Assembly (NCBI RefSeq): GCF_018350175.1
Contig: NC_058368.1
Location: 184,328,001-184,392,000, forward strand
Origin: Felis catus
Taxonomy: Eukaryota
Direction: 5' to 3'
Length of the DNA stretch: 64,000 nucleotides
Below are positions 38,061-50,600 of the stretch, one piece after another. Position numbers and translations under genes: made by a program. Under the pieces are notes generated by a model, which saw only the letters and a list, made by a program, of their open reading frames with translations, was not told where the DNA came from and did no database searches. Positions within the stretch are counted from its first letter, which is position 1, and the number at the start of each line of letters is the position of its first letter.

Positions 38061-39610
38061 TGTTGTTGGTGGTGTTATTATTAGTTTAATTTAACCTCTC
38101 AAAGTTGCATATCCTCATCTATAAATGGATAACAATAAATACTTCACACCCACTCTATTGTGTTAAAGTGAGAAAATCCAAATAAATAATGGAAGTAAAG
38201 TTATCCATAACCTGATGTGACTTGAGGGCCTTTCTGTCCCTTGAAGATTTAAGTAAAATTGGGTGAAATGCTTAAGTTGAAAGATTTTGTGTGTTTACTA
38301 ACACCTGCACACACAACATGCACCCACATATAAACACTCAGCATCTGCAAATTTCCCATCTTACTTTCTTACTGTCCCTCTATCTCCAGGCCTGTGTTTT
38401 CAGGGGATATTTCCTGGAATCCCTGCATTGAATATGAACACAAACTTCTGTCCTCATTTTATTCTCCCAAAAGATCTAATCACTTTGAGCATGCGTGAAC
38501 TTGGTAACATTACTGAAGATCATGAAATACAGTCTCTTATTATTATTTTCCCTCAACCTTCTGTTCTGTGCCACTCCTCACCAGTGTCAGCCTCCCCCAA
38601 GCCTATTCCACCATATACCATCTGCCCTGTCCCACAGAGCTGACTGGGGAAGGTAGTCTAATGCCCCTTCACTGCAACTGCTTTTCTAAAGGCACTCCTC
38701 CATCATCTTCCCTCAAAATGTATTCTTTCATAAACTAAAAAATAATTCTAAAGTATCAAAACATGAAAATTATAAGACAACTGGAATTTTGACTCCAAGT
38801 CAATTAAGGATATATTTATTGATCTTCATCCAATACCACAGATTATGCTGGTTTCTAAGAATGCAGTAATGACTAAAACATATTTCCTGCTTCCAAAGAG
38901 CTGGCAGACAAGAGGAGAAAGAGCCAGGAAAATGAAGGCTTCAGGACAGCTTCATCCCTGAAGGGAAGAGTTCAGGGGAGACCAGGAAACAACAATGGGT
39001 GGAGGCCCAATTTCTGGAGAAGGTGAAAAGGGCACAGCAGGGTAATGAGATCTTGTATAATGAAGATAAAATAACCAAAAAAAGAAAAAAAGGAAGAAGG
39101 AAGGACGGAAGGAAGGAAGCAAGGAAGGAAGGAAAATGGAAGCTCATTTCAGGCAGAGGGAAAGCCACTGCAAACAGCCAAAAACATTAGAAACAATATA
39201 TTTTAGAAAAACACAAGATAATGCATTGTAGTTAGAGCCCAGTCCAGACACTGAGCTTGGATCTCTATTTCATTATGTAAATATTTCTAAAAACAAACCA
39301 AAAGTGAAAAGTCCTATTTCAGTATTATTTAGATAAAAATAATGATCAAGTCTAGTTCAGAATTATTAACTGAAGTGAAAGCAAGCCCCCAAATTTCAGC
39401 CTTATTGTCATAATGTATCTTACCTTGCAATAAATAGATTGAATCAATGATTATATGAGCTTTATGAAATCTTGACACCTGTATGGGTGACACATAAAAC
39501 ATTTGCTACTGAAGAAGTGTCAATCTTTCATACTCTGTGCAAGGGCCACAATGTATAGGGCTTTTTAGGGCATATGTAGATGCAGACTTGGATGCTAAAG
39601 TGAGAGACAA

Positions 39611-39840
39611 GGGGCGCCTGGGTGGCGCAGTCGGTTAAGCGTCTGACTTCAGCCAGGTCACGATCTCACGGTCCGTGAGTTCGAGCCCCACGTCAGGCTC
39701 TGGGCTGATGGCTCAGAGCCTGGAGCCTGTTTCCGATTCTGTGTCTCCCTCTCTCTCTGCCCCTCCCCCGTTCATGCTCTGTCTCTCTCTGTCCCAAAAA
39801 TAAATAAACGTTGAAAAAATAAATAAATAAATAAATAAAT
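39611..39840 (+). mobile_element. Young SINEC_Fc
   Basis: Near-consensus body; (TAAA)n tail; exact TSD aaagtgagagacaa at 39597-39610 and 39841-39854. Confidence 0.99.
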
Positions 39841-40764
39841 AAAGTGAGAGACAAAATATCAATTATTGCAATATCCACTTTGGGGGAAATGGTTCCATTA
39901 TCCATTATTACCAGTTAATCATTGCAATGAAAATAGAATTTTGTCAAAATTTCCATTTAAAAATTAGCCAGAAGAATATAATTATTATAAAGAGAAGAAA
40001 GATAGTATTAAGTTGGAGGCTATCAGCTTCTAAAAAGAACCTAGACTTAACACGCAGAACTCAGAGAAGACTTACATAACAAGTGCAGATTTGGTCTATC
40101 ACCTTGGAGAGATGAGACTGTCATATGTTTCCCATACACAAAGATACTTTTTTTCTTAATTATTTCAACTATAACTTAGGTCCTACCTTCTAAGTTTGAG
40201 AAGAAATCTAGATGTGTTTGAATCCCAGGATTTATTCATTCCCCTCAAAATTGAAGGAATGGCCTCTGGTTTCAGGTCTCCCTGGCCCAATATGCCCAAC
40301 CCTACTGCTTTTATTCAAGATTTGGTACAAAGATTTTAGTTTTCTTTCCAGTGAATCAGCAGCAACTGTGTGATGAGCATTTATTTAAAATAAATTTGTC
40401 TACACTAGAAGAGTAGTTGAACAACATCTGAAGTACCCTAATCAGGAATCCATACTCCAGGTGTTTCATTAACACCTAAAGGTTCTTAATCAGTTGTATA
40501 CACTCCAGAGGTGGCTGCATTAGTGCTTCAAACATCACTATATAAATTTGTCACAGTGTTTATTACTTAACATAAAGGATATTAAACATTAGTTTTCATT
40601 GCCGAAAAGCCACAAAAATGGGTCTGTGGAGAACACTTTGTTGAAAAGTGTTGATAAGCTCAACACTGAATGCTTTCGGATTATTGCTCTAGATATGGAA
40701 GTTCTTTGAGAAGTTTATTGCCGTAAAAATGGAGGAATTTGTGGCCTGATCCAATCAGTAGTCT

Positions 40765-40785
40765 TGCTGCTGCTGCTGCTGCTGC
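40765..40785. repeat. (TGC)7 trinucleotide repeat
   Basis: Seen directly. Confidence 0.95.
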
Positions 40786-41107
40786 ATCCCCATGGAAATG
40801 AATCTTTCAATGGGATTTTTGGAAGGTCTAAAAGAATGGAAAGTATTGAGCATAAGAAACAGGTTGCATGGTTGGTTATGCATCTAGTTATTAACAATGT
40901 TTGTCTGTCTGCCAGATTTTGACTTGAGACTGGATACCATTAAAATATAACACCTTATAGTATTGCTGGACTGGGTGAAGACATATAGTTCCTACTTATC
41001 TCTAACAGTTGGAAGCAACCAATGTATACAAAAAGAATTTGGATTACTGTGAAGGTTAAATGATCTTTGCCTGAGCACCAGAAATTTCAACTTGCCACTT
41101 TGGTACT

Positions 41108-41312
41108 ATGGTGATTTTGCTCCTCAGGCTATGTTTGGCAATGTCTGGAGACACTTTGGTTGTCACAATTGGAGATGGGAGTGCTACCGGCATCTGGTAG
41201 TCAGGGGTCAGGAATACTGTTAAACACCTTGCTATGTATAGGACAGAACACATCCCTCTAACAAAGAACTATCCAGCCCCAAATGTCAGTAGTGCTGATG
41301 TTAAGAAATCCT
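41108..41312. mobile_element. MER20 hAT-Charlie MITE
   Basis: tttggcaatgtctggagacactttggttgtcacaa...gtgctaccggcatctggtag...ccccaaatgtcagtagtgctga. Confidence 0.92.
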
Positions 41313-42644
41313 ATACTAAAAATATAGTAACTGTAAAATATGTAATATAAAAGACAGCATCTATAATTGATAATACTAGATTATGTGGTGTAGTTTCAAA
41401 TCCTCTAGATTACACGTATAGGTTTGCCACAGCACAATTTCTAATGCTTTAATAATTTGTTTATCCTTATTCTGAAACAGATTTGTTTCTCTCCTGTTTT
41501 TGTTTGTTTTCTTTGTAAGTAATGTTCTTGTAACCTTGAAGGAATAAAGCAGTTTTACATAGGAAATATTAGGAAAATATATTAAAAATAGAAAAATGAA
41601 GGATGCCATGCAGCACACATTTTGTATTCTGTAAAAGAACAAAGATATTTTGTCACTATTCTGTGGCTATGAACTGGGGGGTGGGGGTGGTTGGGGGGGG
41701 AAGGTTGGCTACTAAATAATGCTCTAGTGGATTGTAACATGAGATAGATCATAAAATTGAGATTTAAAGTGGAAAAGACCAAACAAAGCAATGAAAATTA
41801 ACTTAGAAAGGAAAATTGAAAAGGTAAGGAAATGAAACCTAAAGAGGAAATACAAAACCACAGTATGAAGAAATGTTCCTTTGGATATTAGCATGGTGGA
41901 AACTGAGCTCCTAAGTGCTCTATCAATAAATGGAACCATCATTAATCTTTCGTGACAAGATACTTTGGAGTAACCAAACTGTAATGGTTCTAGGCCCTGA
42001 ATATCCTGAATTATCCTTAGGACTAAAGATGACTTCTATATACAGTAATTGCTGTATCATGTTTCTCCATTGCAGTAAATTTTAATAGAAATGGCTTTCA
42101 AAAGATGTCTTAATAAAAAGTGATTTAGGAAAAAAAGAACGAGTACGAACTCTAGTTATTCCAGTTATTTCTTTTACACAGTGTTCACTAACACTCAGAA
42201 GTTTTGAACTTCTTTTAAGAGGGGCAGAGCTACTAGGTCATTTAAAGCTGAAGTAAGATGTGAAAAGTTCACACTTGGTTGAGGGCTTTCTAACACAAGA
42301 CATCACTCTTACCCACCAAACTGTATAATTAGAGCTGTTTATACATCTTCTATAAATCTCATTCGATGATATATATGGTCTTATTGAGAGAGGTTTTTAG
42401 AGAGATGTTAAGATCAAAGTTGGACAAATCTAAATCTTAATTATTATCTCTCATAGAAAAGCCAGAATTTATAAATATGAGAAGGATTTCCTTAGTACAT
42501 GAAAGAGAGAAAAGGGGCCTTAATATTTACTACAATAATTACAGAACCTTACAGGAATGGGACAGACAGGCAAATAATAACAAGACAGAAATCAGGCCCC
42601 CACAATGTGTTCCCCTTGCTCAAAGAAGAATCTCAGTGCTGGAC

Positions 42645-42870
42645 TGGGAGTGTAGACTCAGAGATCACCCTGTGTTTCATCTCAGCTCTAGTTCTTATCA
42701 GTGTGATCTTGAGCAAATTATTTAATCTCTCAGAGTTTTAGTTACACAATCTGTTAAGTAGATAAATAATAACAGTACCTATTTCACTTAGGCTTGTTTT
42801 GAAAATTAAATAGTTGAGGTAGAAATGCTTAGCGACTAGTGCCTGCAACCACAGTAAATGTTCACAATAA
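42645..42870 (+). mobile_element. MIR
   Basis: gtgtgatcttgagcaaattatttaatctctcagag...aataataacagtaccta. Confidence 0.78.
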
Positions 42871-42881
42871 GATAGGAGGTT

Positions 42882-43313
42882 TTAGTAGGTTGAATGATGC
42901 CTTCCCCAATCCAAATTTATCCATGTCCTAGATTCTGTGACTGTGACTTTATTTGGAAAAAGGATCATTGCAGATGTAATTAAGGATCTCAAGATGAGAT
43001 CACCTGAATTATCCAAGTAGTCCTAAATCAAATATAGACAAGAGACAGAAGAGAAGATACCAGAGGACGAGACAATGTAAAGACGGAGGCAGAGACTGAT
43101 GTGACACAGCCCTAAACCAAGAAATGTCAGGAGCCACCAGAAGCTAGGAAAATGCAAGAAAAGATTCTCCCCTACAGTCGCAGAGGGAGCACAGTCCTAC
43201 TTGCATCTTCATTTCAGACTTCTGGTCTCCAAACTGCAAGGCAGTAAATTTCTGTTGTTTGAGGCCACCCAGTATGTCATAATTTGTTACAGAAGCCCTA
43301 GAAAACTAATACA
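42882..43313 (+). mobile_element. MLT1C-like (ERVL-MaLR) solo LTR
   Basis: ttatttggaaaaagg...ttgcagatgtaattaag; gccaccagaagctagg; ends aatttgttacagaagccctagaaaactaataca. Confidence 0.9.
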
Positions 43314-43319
43314 GAGCTA

Positions 43320-43432
43320 CTTTTTAAACAGTTTTTGCTGAAATGTAATTCACATACCCTACAATTCATCCATTTAAATTTTACAATTCAATGGTTTGGA
43401 GGTATATTACATCATTATTTTTTTATTTCATC

Positions 43433-43479
<47 letters not shown>

Positions 43480-43655
43480 CTTTAACCATCTTTAAGTATA
43501 CAATTCGGAGGCATTAATTGCACTCACAATGTTGTGCAACTATCACCACTGTTTCCCAAATTTTAATCACCCAAAATAGACACTCTATACTCATTAAGTA
43601 ATAATTCCACATCTTCCCCTCCTCCTAGCCCCTGGTAACCTCTAATCTACTTTCT
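43320..43655 (-). mobile_element. L1MB-like 3'-end fragment(s) with internal (TA)n
   Basis: taaccatctttaagtatacaattc...cacaatgttgtgcaactatcacc...tagcccctggtaacctctaatctactttct; (TA)n at 43435-43478. Confidence 0.85.
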
Positions 43656-44509
43656 ATAATACAGAAGTTTATTACTTACTATTCCAACTGCTATTACTTC
43701 TGCTATAGTAAAATATTTGCAAATAGGATAGAGCCTCCTCTATTCTGTTACTAGATTGAGGTGATTTCGGCAAAATGTAATCGCCAGACGATGGCCTAAA
43801 AATGAAAATATCTGCCAATTCCCTCTTTGTGTGCTATATGAGGAACCAATCAGCAGCCAAAGAAAGCTGACAAGGCTCTGAAGGCAATTACACAGGAAGA
43901 GCTGCCTTCCTATCCAACTCAAATTTCATTAGCCTGATATAGCCTTGCTTTATCAGTGGATTTAACCCTCTGTCCTCTTAGGTATACCTGGCAGGCCAAT
44001 TGTGATCTCCAGAAGGCTCTATAAAACATAGAGTCTCTGCTATATTGACAGTGGGCAGGATTTCTAGTTCATTCTCCTTTCAATATTATAAAAATTGCCT
44101 GTATTTTATCCATTACTTCACTTATGGCTTTCTTTTCCATTTGAAATATGGTTTTCTGGGGAGATATTATATAGTATGTGTTTTATTTATGCATTAATTC
44201 AACAAATTTTAATTAGAGGAAATGACACACTATTCTAGGTGCTATAAAGGAGATAAGTATTAGTAATTTACTTGGTCTGTACTTTTATTTGTCATTATAA
44301 TTGCTGCCTACCAGGCTTTGGAGTATGTACAAACCATAGAGAATTCTCTCACTGGTTGTTTCAAAGATAATTATATATAATGGTTGGGGCTTAACTCATA
44401 AGGGATCATATTTCAAACTATTTGCCAGAAAAATTTTCTGTCCTTTAGAAAATGTGATGCCCTTTTTGAGCCAAGATATTCCACATATGTGTAGTGCATA
44501 TAGAGACAG

Positions 44510-44700
44510 TCATATCTGGGTCCCAGTTCTGCTATTAATAGCAGACAGACCTTAGGCAAGGTACTTAACCCCTCCAGGTCTAATTTTCTTCATTTTTAAT
44601 GAGTGATAATGCTTGAATCTACTTCTTACAATTGTGATAATTAAATGAGATAAATTATTTTAAACTATTAGCATAGTGTCTTGCACATGAGTGTTTCAGA
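44510..44700 (+). mobile_element. MIR
   Basis: gaccttaggcaaggtacttaacccctc...attaaatgagataa. Confidence 0.75.
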
Positions 44701-44924
44701 AATGATACAAATAATCATGTTAAAAGCTTCAGTTCTAATACAAATATTATATAGTATTCAGTTTCAAAAGGTTCCCTTTCTCTGTAAGATGTCTTCCATT
44801 ATTTTTAAGTGCATCTTCTTAGAGTTCTTTTTTATTTTAAACTTAAGAATTCTGTAGTTTGAGGTTAGACCTAGAGTGAATGGCTAGTTCCCCTTAGAAG
44901 AATGCTGCCCTCCTTGTTCATTGA

Positions 44925-47070
44925 TCCATTGAGCATTTATTAAGCATTTATCATTCCTAGAGTGCTGGGCTCCATGCTATATCCCAAAAGTTCATGGTGT
45001 AGTGGTACATAGGCATATAAACAAATTATTAAATGATTTAATAAAAGTTATATTAGCAGAATGTGCAGGGCAGTAGAAGTACTAAAAAGTGGGCACTTAA
45101 CTCCAGCCTGCAAAGGCAGAATAAATTACATTTAAGAATAATCTGGAATCATGAGGAGCAATTATAGTTATAAATAACTAAAAATCTGAATCATATTCCC
45201 TACCTCACTTCATTCTTTCTACAAACACCTATAGAGCACCTGCTTTGTGTCAGGTGCTTTGTCTGATAAATGACAGAGACTTGGCTCTCAAAAGCACTCA
45301 CAATCAAGTGAAGAGTGGAAGTAAGCATGATACACTAAGTAGTGTTAGAGAAGTAAGTAGAAGGTGCTCTGTGAGAACAGCCAAAAGGCTCCTAACCAAG
45401 TCTTGCAAGGTCAAGCAAAGGGTTCCAGGAGAAGTATTCTCTAAACTAAGCCTCAAAAGATCAGCAGAGTTCAACATTAAGGGAGTGTGGATAGAAAAAT
45501 GCACTGGTGGGGAAGTAGCACATACAAATCTATTATACCAAGGCAAGTGGAAGCATATGGAATTCAAGGCATCAAAAAGTAGTTCAGTCTGCTTAGAGCA
45601 GGAAGTGGAGAATGGGAAGAGACTGGGCTGAAGACAAAGAGTCATTTTGTTAAGAGCTCTCTAAGCCATGGTAGGGACCTCATTCTGAGGGCAATGAATA
45701 CTTTAAAAAAAGGTCTGTGTATAAAAGTAGTATAATCATAGCTATACCTCAGAAAGATCACTCAGGTGCTTGAGGGGTTAAACTGGAAATAAAGAGACAA
45801 GATAGAAGGTAGTTGCAATAATCCTGGTAAAGATAAGAGTTTTTTAAACAGGATAATGGTAGTGGGTATAGTTTGGAGAGATATTTGGAAGATAGAAGTG
45901 ACTGGATTTGCTTATGTGAGGAGTGAGGGATAGGAGGAATTAAGGATAATGCCAAGATTTCTGTCTTGGCAGTCAAAGGCTGATTATATTTTCATTCTGA
46001 TGGGGATCTCAGAAGGAGGAGCTGTGCTTTGGAAGAAAACAAAGAGCTCGGTTTAAACAAGTTAAACTGGAAGAAACATTCCTATGAAATCTTTAAAGAG
46101 AGTTAGATAAAATATCTACGAGGGAGGTGATATTCAACATGTTCTGGAAATACAAATTTGGGATTCACCAGCAAAGAAGTGGTCATAGAAGCCTTAGGAG
46201 TATTAGAGATTGCCAAGGTAGAAGAAATTGAATGAAAGGAAAAAAGGTATGAAGACAGAGACTGTGAAATACCAACATTTATGGAATTGGCAAATGTAGA
46301 GGAGCATACACAATGACCTGACAGGAACAAGCAGAGAGATTAGAAGAAAACAGAAGAGAGTACTATTTCATTCTGATGAGAATCTCAGAAAGAGGAGTTG
46401 TGCTTTGGAAAGAGTAGTATGAAGAGAAAGAAGTCACTACTATCATGAGTTACAGATAGTTTAAAATTAGGACTAAAAAAATCATTTAAAATAAATAACT
46501 ACAGACACATATGACTAATGGTCAAGGAAATATCAAGAATAAAGGTAAAATCAGTTATCAAACTGATGTCCTTGTCCAAGCAAGAGACGATGAGATCTGG
46601 ACTAGTTCAATAGTAATGGGATTATTAGTAAGGGAAAGGTTTAAAGATATGGACATATTTGGGAATTACAGATGACAAGACTTAGAAATGAGGGATGAGA
46701 GGAAAAAACAGAGTCAAGGAGAAGAGGAATGGTAAATTTAATTAGGGGATTGCTAAAATTGAGGAATGATTCATATTTCCAACACTAAATGATCTTCAGC
46801 TTAGAAGGGAAGTCAAAAAAAGAGAGACTCAGTGAAGAATCACCAATTATCCCTGTGAATCAGGACTATATGCAGAGGGAGAAAAGGAGAGAGACAAGAG
46901 GATTCTGGGAACACCATCCAATGAAGGAGCAGAAGGAGTGCCTAGAGGAGCATTCACTGAGTTAGAAAGAGAGTCACAAGAACAGTACTAACTAAACTAA
47001 CCAGTCCAAACTAAAAGAAACAAGGAGAGCATCCACAATATCAAATGCTACAGAAAGTTTCAATTACATG
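44925..47070 (-). mobile_element. LINE-2 relics (several antisense fragments)
   Basis: gagcacctgctttgtgtcaggtgct; gttgcaataatcctggtaaagata; ggaggaattaaggataatgccaagatttctgtcttgg; aaatttgggattcaccagc. Confidence 0.75.
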
Positions 47071-47185
47071 AGATGGCTCTCCAGGACTGACTCAAGGAAC
47101 TCCAGTTCTTAACCTACTTACTTATGGTGTGAAGTTATGAGAAGAGAATACCCCTGGAAATACCCAGCACTTGGATTAACAAATT

Positions 47186-47226
47186 TCTCTCTCTCTCTCC
47201 CTCTCATATATATATATACATATATA

Positions 47227-47280
<54 letters not shown>

Positions 47281-47315
47281 TATATATGTATACATATATA
47301 TGTATATACATATAC
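47186..47315. repeat. Compound (CT)n(TA)n(TG)n(TA)n microsatellite
   Basis: Seen directly. Confidence 0.96.
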
Positions 47316-47590
47316 AAATTTCTGGCAGAAATTCAAGATTTTAGTTTTGGTAAAGTTCATTGCCAAAGAGTGATTTTTTTAATGATATGTAAAGTAAAAG
47401 CTATAGTAAAGACTTGATAAACAAAAATGAGAAAAAAATCTGTAAGCAACAATTTAAAGAGCACACAATATGAAATATCATCTGAAATATTACGTGGTTG
47501 TTCTCTAAAATACCATGGATTTGCTCAGCTGCTTATTGAAACCAGATTATACTTAGCAAATTGACATCCAGCATCCTTTAAGACTTTAAA

Positions 47591-47591
47591 T

Positions 47592-47660
<69 letters not shown>
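47591..47660. repeat. Compound (CA)n(TA)n microsatellite
   Basis: Seen directly. Confidence 0.96.
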
Positions 47661-50600
47661 ATTTATTCCAGAAAAAAATAAATATTTTAATGATAATCAG
47701 CAACATATTCTGGCTGAATGTAATTTCAAAATAGATACTCTGGATAAAGTTGCAAATGTTTAAACAACTATAAATAAAAACTGGATAATGTAAACTATGG
47801 AAAGAAAGCAAGCTTAAATTCAGAAGCTGTTCTAAAAACTCACAGGTGATTTAATTCATGTTAGTGAGATACTTTGGTTGAACCTAAACGTCTTAAATTA
47901 CATAATAATTATATTAATGGGTAAATACATCAACCATAATATAGGCTTATCTTCTTCCATACACAAGCAGTTTTCCTTCATGTGTTTGCTAATTTGTTTT
48001 CATATATATTAAATTGGTATTTCTAATAAAATAAATGCTCCATACTAAATGCTAGGTTGAATATAAATATATTGTAAAGTATCTTAATGTACAAAGACTG
48101 CAATAAGAATTAGGTATATCTAAGTGCACTGGTTCTATCACCTGGAATGATACCAGGTTTGTACCATTCCTCCAACTCACTCCACCCTCACATCTCTGGG
48201 CTGTTTTTGCACTGAAAAACCCAGAATTGTTTGCAGTTCACAAAGTCCTTACATTATGAATTCAGACAGCCTGAAATTACTTGATGCCCAGATCCAACAA
48301 TCTCCCAGCCTATAATAAATCCACAAATGGAATTTATAAGCAACAGAAACAATAATAGAACATTTTGTTCTTTTAAACTAAAGTTCTGGACCAGCGGCTA
48401 GCTTAGTGGCCAGAAAAGTTATGTTTTGGCTCCAGACCATTGTACAATGCCTCTTAAGGATTCAATAATAAAAACAGAATCCCTAGCTTCCAGAGTAAGC
48501 TGCCACACTCTGATCTAATAGAGTAGCCATATTTATTAATATCCATATCATCATTTTAATACCCTACTTTATCTTTCCAGGAGAGTGCATAGAGTGCAAT
48601 GAAAGCCACATTTTACAAGCCAATTTTAAATGCCTTTTAATGATGATTCACGGTGCTCTAACACAGATTTCTCATCAATATCACCATCCTACAGGCATGC
48701 ATTAAAGCTGCAAATCATTTCTTGGGTGGTGTTACTGTCAGATTCCAAATGTACTACAAACATAACTCAGAGGTCTGAGTTAACCATCACCCTTGAATGC
48801 AATGGGTATAATCCGATTGCTGCAAACTGGAAGTAATGCCAGTCATACCAGAGATAGATTTGAACGCCCTTGTTTGGAAGATAAGTCTGAGTCTCTCTCT
48901 CTCTTTTCTCTCTACTCTAGATGAGACAGGCAAACACTTTTTAGTTCAGAACCATCCCAACCCCTCCCAAAATAACCATGAGTTGAACATCTGTCTAAGT
49001 TTTCACAATTTGCAAATCATTTGATTATTTAAATCTTTCCCCCCTACTAAATGTTAATCAGCATTCCTGCTGGTGGTCCTTAGGGTTGTTACCATGGAAC
49101 TTGTAAATTATTTTAAAGATGTAGCTTAGATAAAAAGGGGACACCTGTGGATGAGTTCCTTCCATTACATTAGCATAAACCCTTACAGGCCAATTTCTGC
49201 AACATTGTGATAAACTGCTGGAAATAGAAATGCTTGACACAAAACATGGTGGAAAGGTTTAAATTGTTCTGGGTCTTTAGCATACTTTCACATTGGTATT
49301 AAGAATGTTAGAAATAATTTAATCATTGCCTGATTATAGCGATGTTAGGAGTAATGAAATCCTTGCCTTATTACATATGGACTCATTCAGAGCCTCATTA
49401 TTTATTTGGCAAGCATTAAGCATCAAATCAATTTAGTCAGATACTTGAAAATGAGAAATTCAAGATGAAAGTTAAAGTGAAGATTAAGAGGTAAAATTAA
49501 AACTATTTATTTCTAGCAGGCACAGAGCAATTTCCTTTGCAAGAGACCTAGCCCATGAGAGTTTAAATAAGAAAGGCAAATGGTAGAGTCCATCCCAAAG
49601 AAGGGAACCAAAAATGAAGAATAATTGGCAAAGCAGCTTCTACTTACATTTGCCGGGGTCAAGTGACATAGGAAGAAGAGAGTGATAACTTTGATTTGTA
49701 GCTATGGAATATACTCTGTGCTTTTATGCATCTGATTATTATTGGAATGGTTTCCATTTCCAGCTCAATAGAAATGGGAAGAAGGGAAGTACATACTAAT
49801 CATTTGGGAATTTGTAGTTTCATTTTGCATATGAAAAGCTACTGACATTAGTAGGATGCAAATAATGTATTCTCTAGTGTTTTGGTTTTGGCCTTAGAGT
49901 AGTGGCCACATCAATGACACATATTTCCACATTGCAATGCATATTGCACTCACACTTAAATTGAGGCTGGAGATAATGCCATTGTAAGCAGCTTTTTGGT
50001 TGTTCCTTGTAAGGATATTTTCTAATGTATTGATCCATGACAATAATTAGTAGATTGGGTCACAGGAAGCTGATCAAGCTCCTTGTGTAATGGGGAATAA
50101 TTGCCAATAAAATCACACAGGAAGGCTTAGGGAAAAAAATAACTTCTTCCGCTTGAGCATAGAGGTAATTAGAAGTAGAGCCAAGACAATCATAGGGCAG
50201 TATTTGGATCTGTTACCCTGGCTCTAACACACTAGATAGCAATACATATGATCACACACAGAACCAGTGGCAGATGGAAGAAGTTGGACTTAATTCTAGT
50301 CTTTCTGAATAAGGTGAGAAGCTAGACATTTAGACTGAATGTTGGAAGTGGGCCAGAGCATTAACTACAGAAAGAAAGAGCCATGTTACTACTGAAAGGG
50401 ATAGTGTTTAGTGTAGGAACAGAAGGGATATATTCTTTGTATTAAGGAAATGGGACAAAAAAAAAACCTAGAAAATGGAAATCAACATTCTTATTGCACC
50501 AGGCACTGGGTTATAAGCTTTACATATAGCATTTCATATGATCCTTCTAATAATTCTTCAGGCTGAGAAATAGTCAAGTTTAACAGAAGAAAAAACAGTT

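Noticed and set aside
40709..40921. Open + frame with a poly-Leu run resembling a signal peptide
   Set aside because: The Leu run is the (CTG)n repeat; no in-frame start or acceptor upstream and no recognisable homology.
45245..45645. Overlapping 128- and 113-aa ORFs
   Set aside because: Lie within a decayed L2 element; no recognisable domain.
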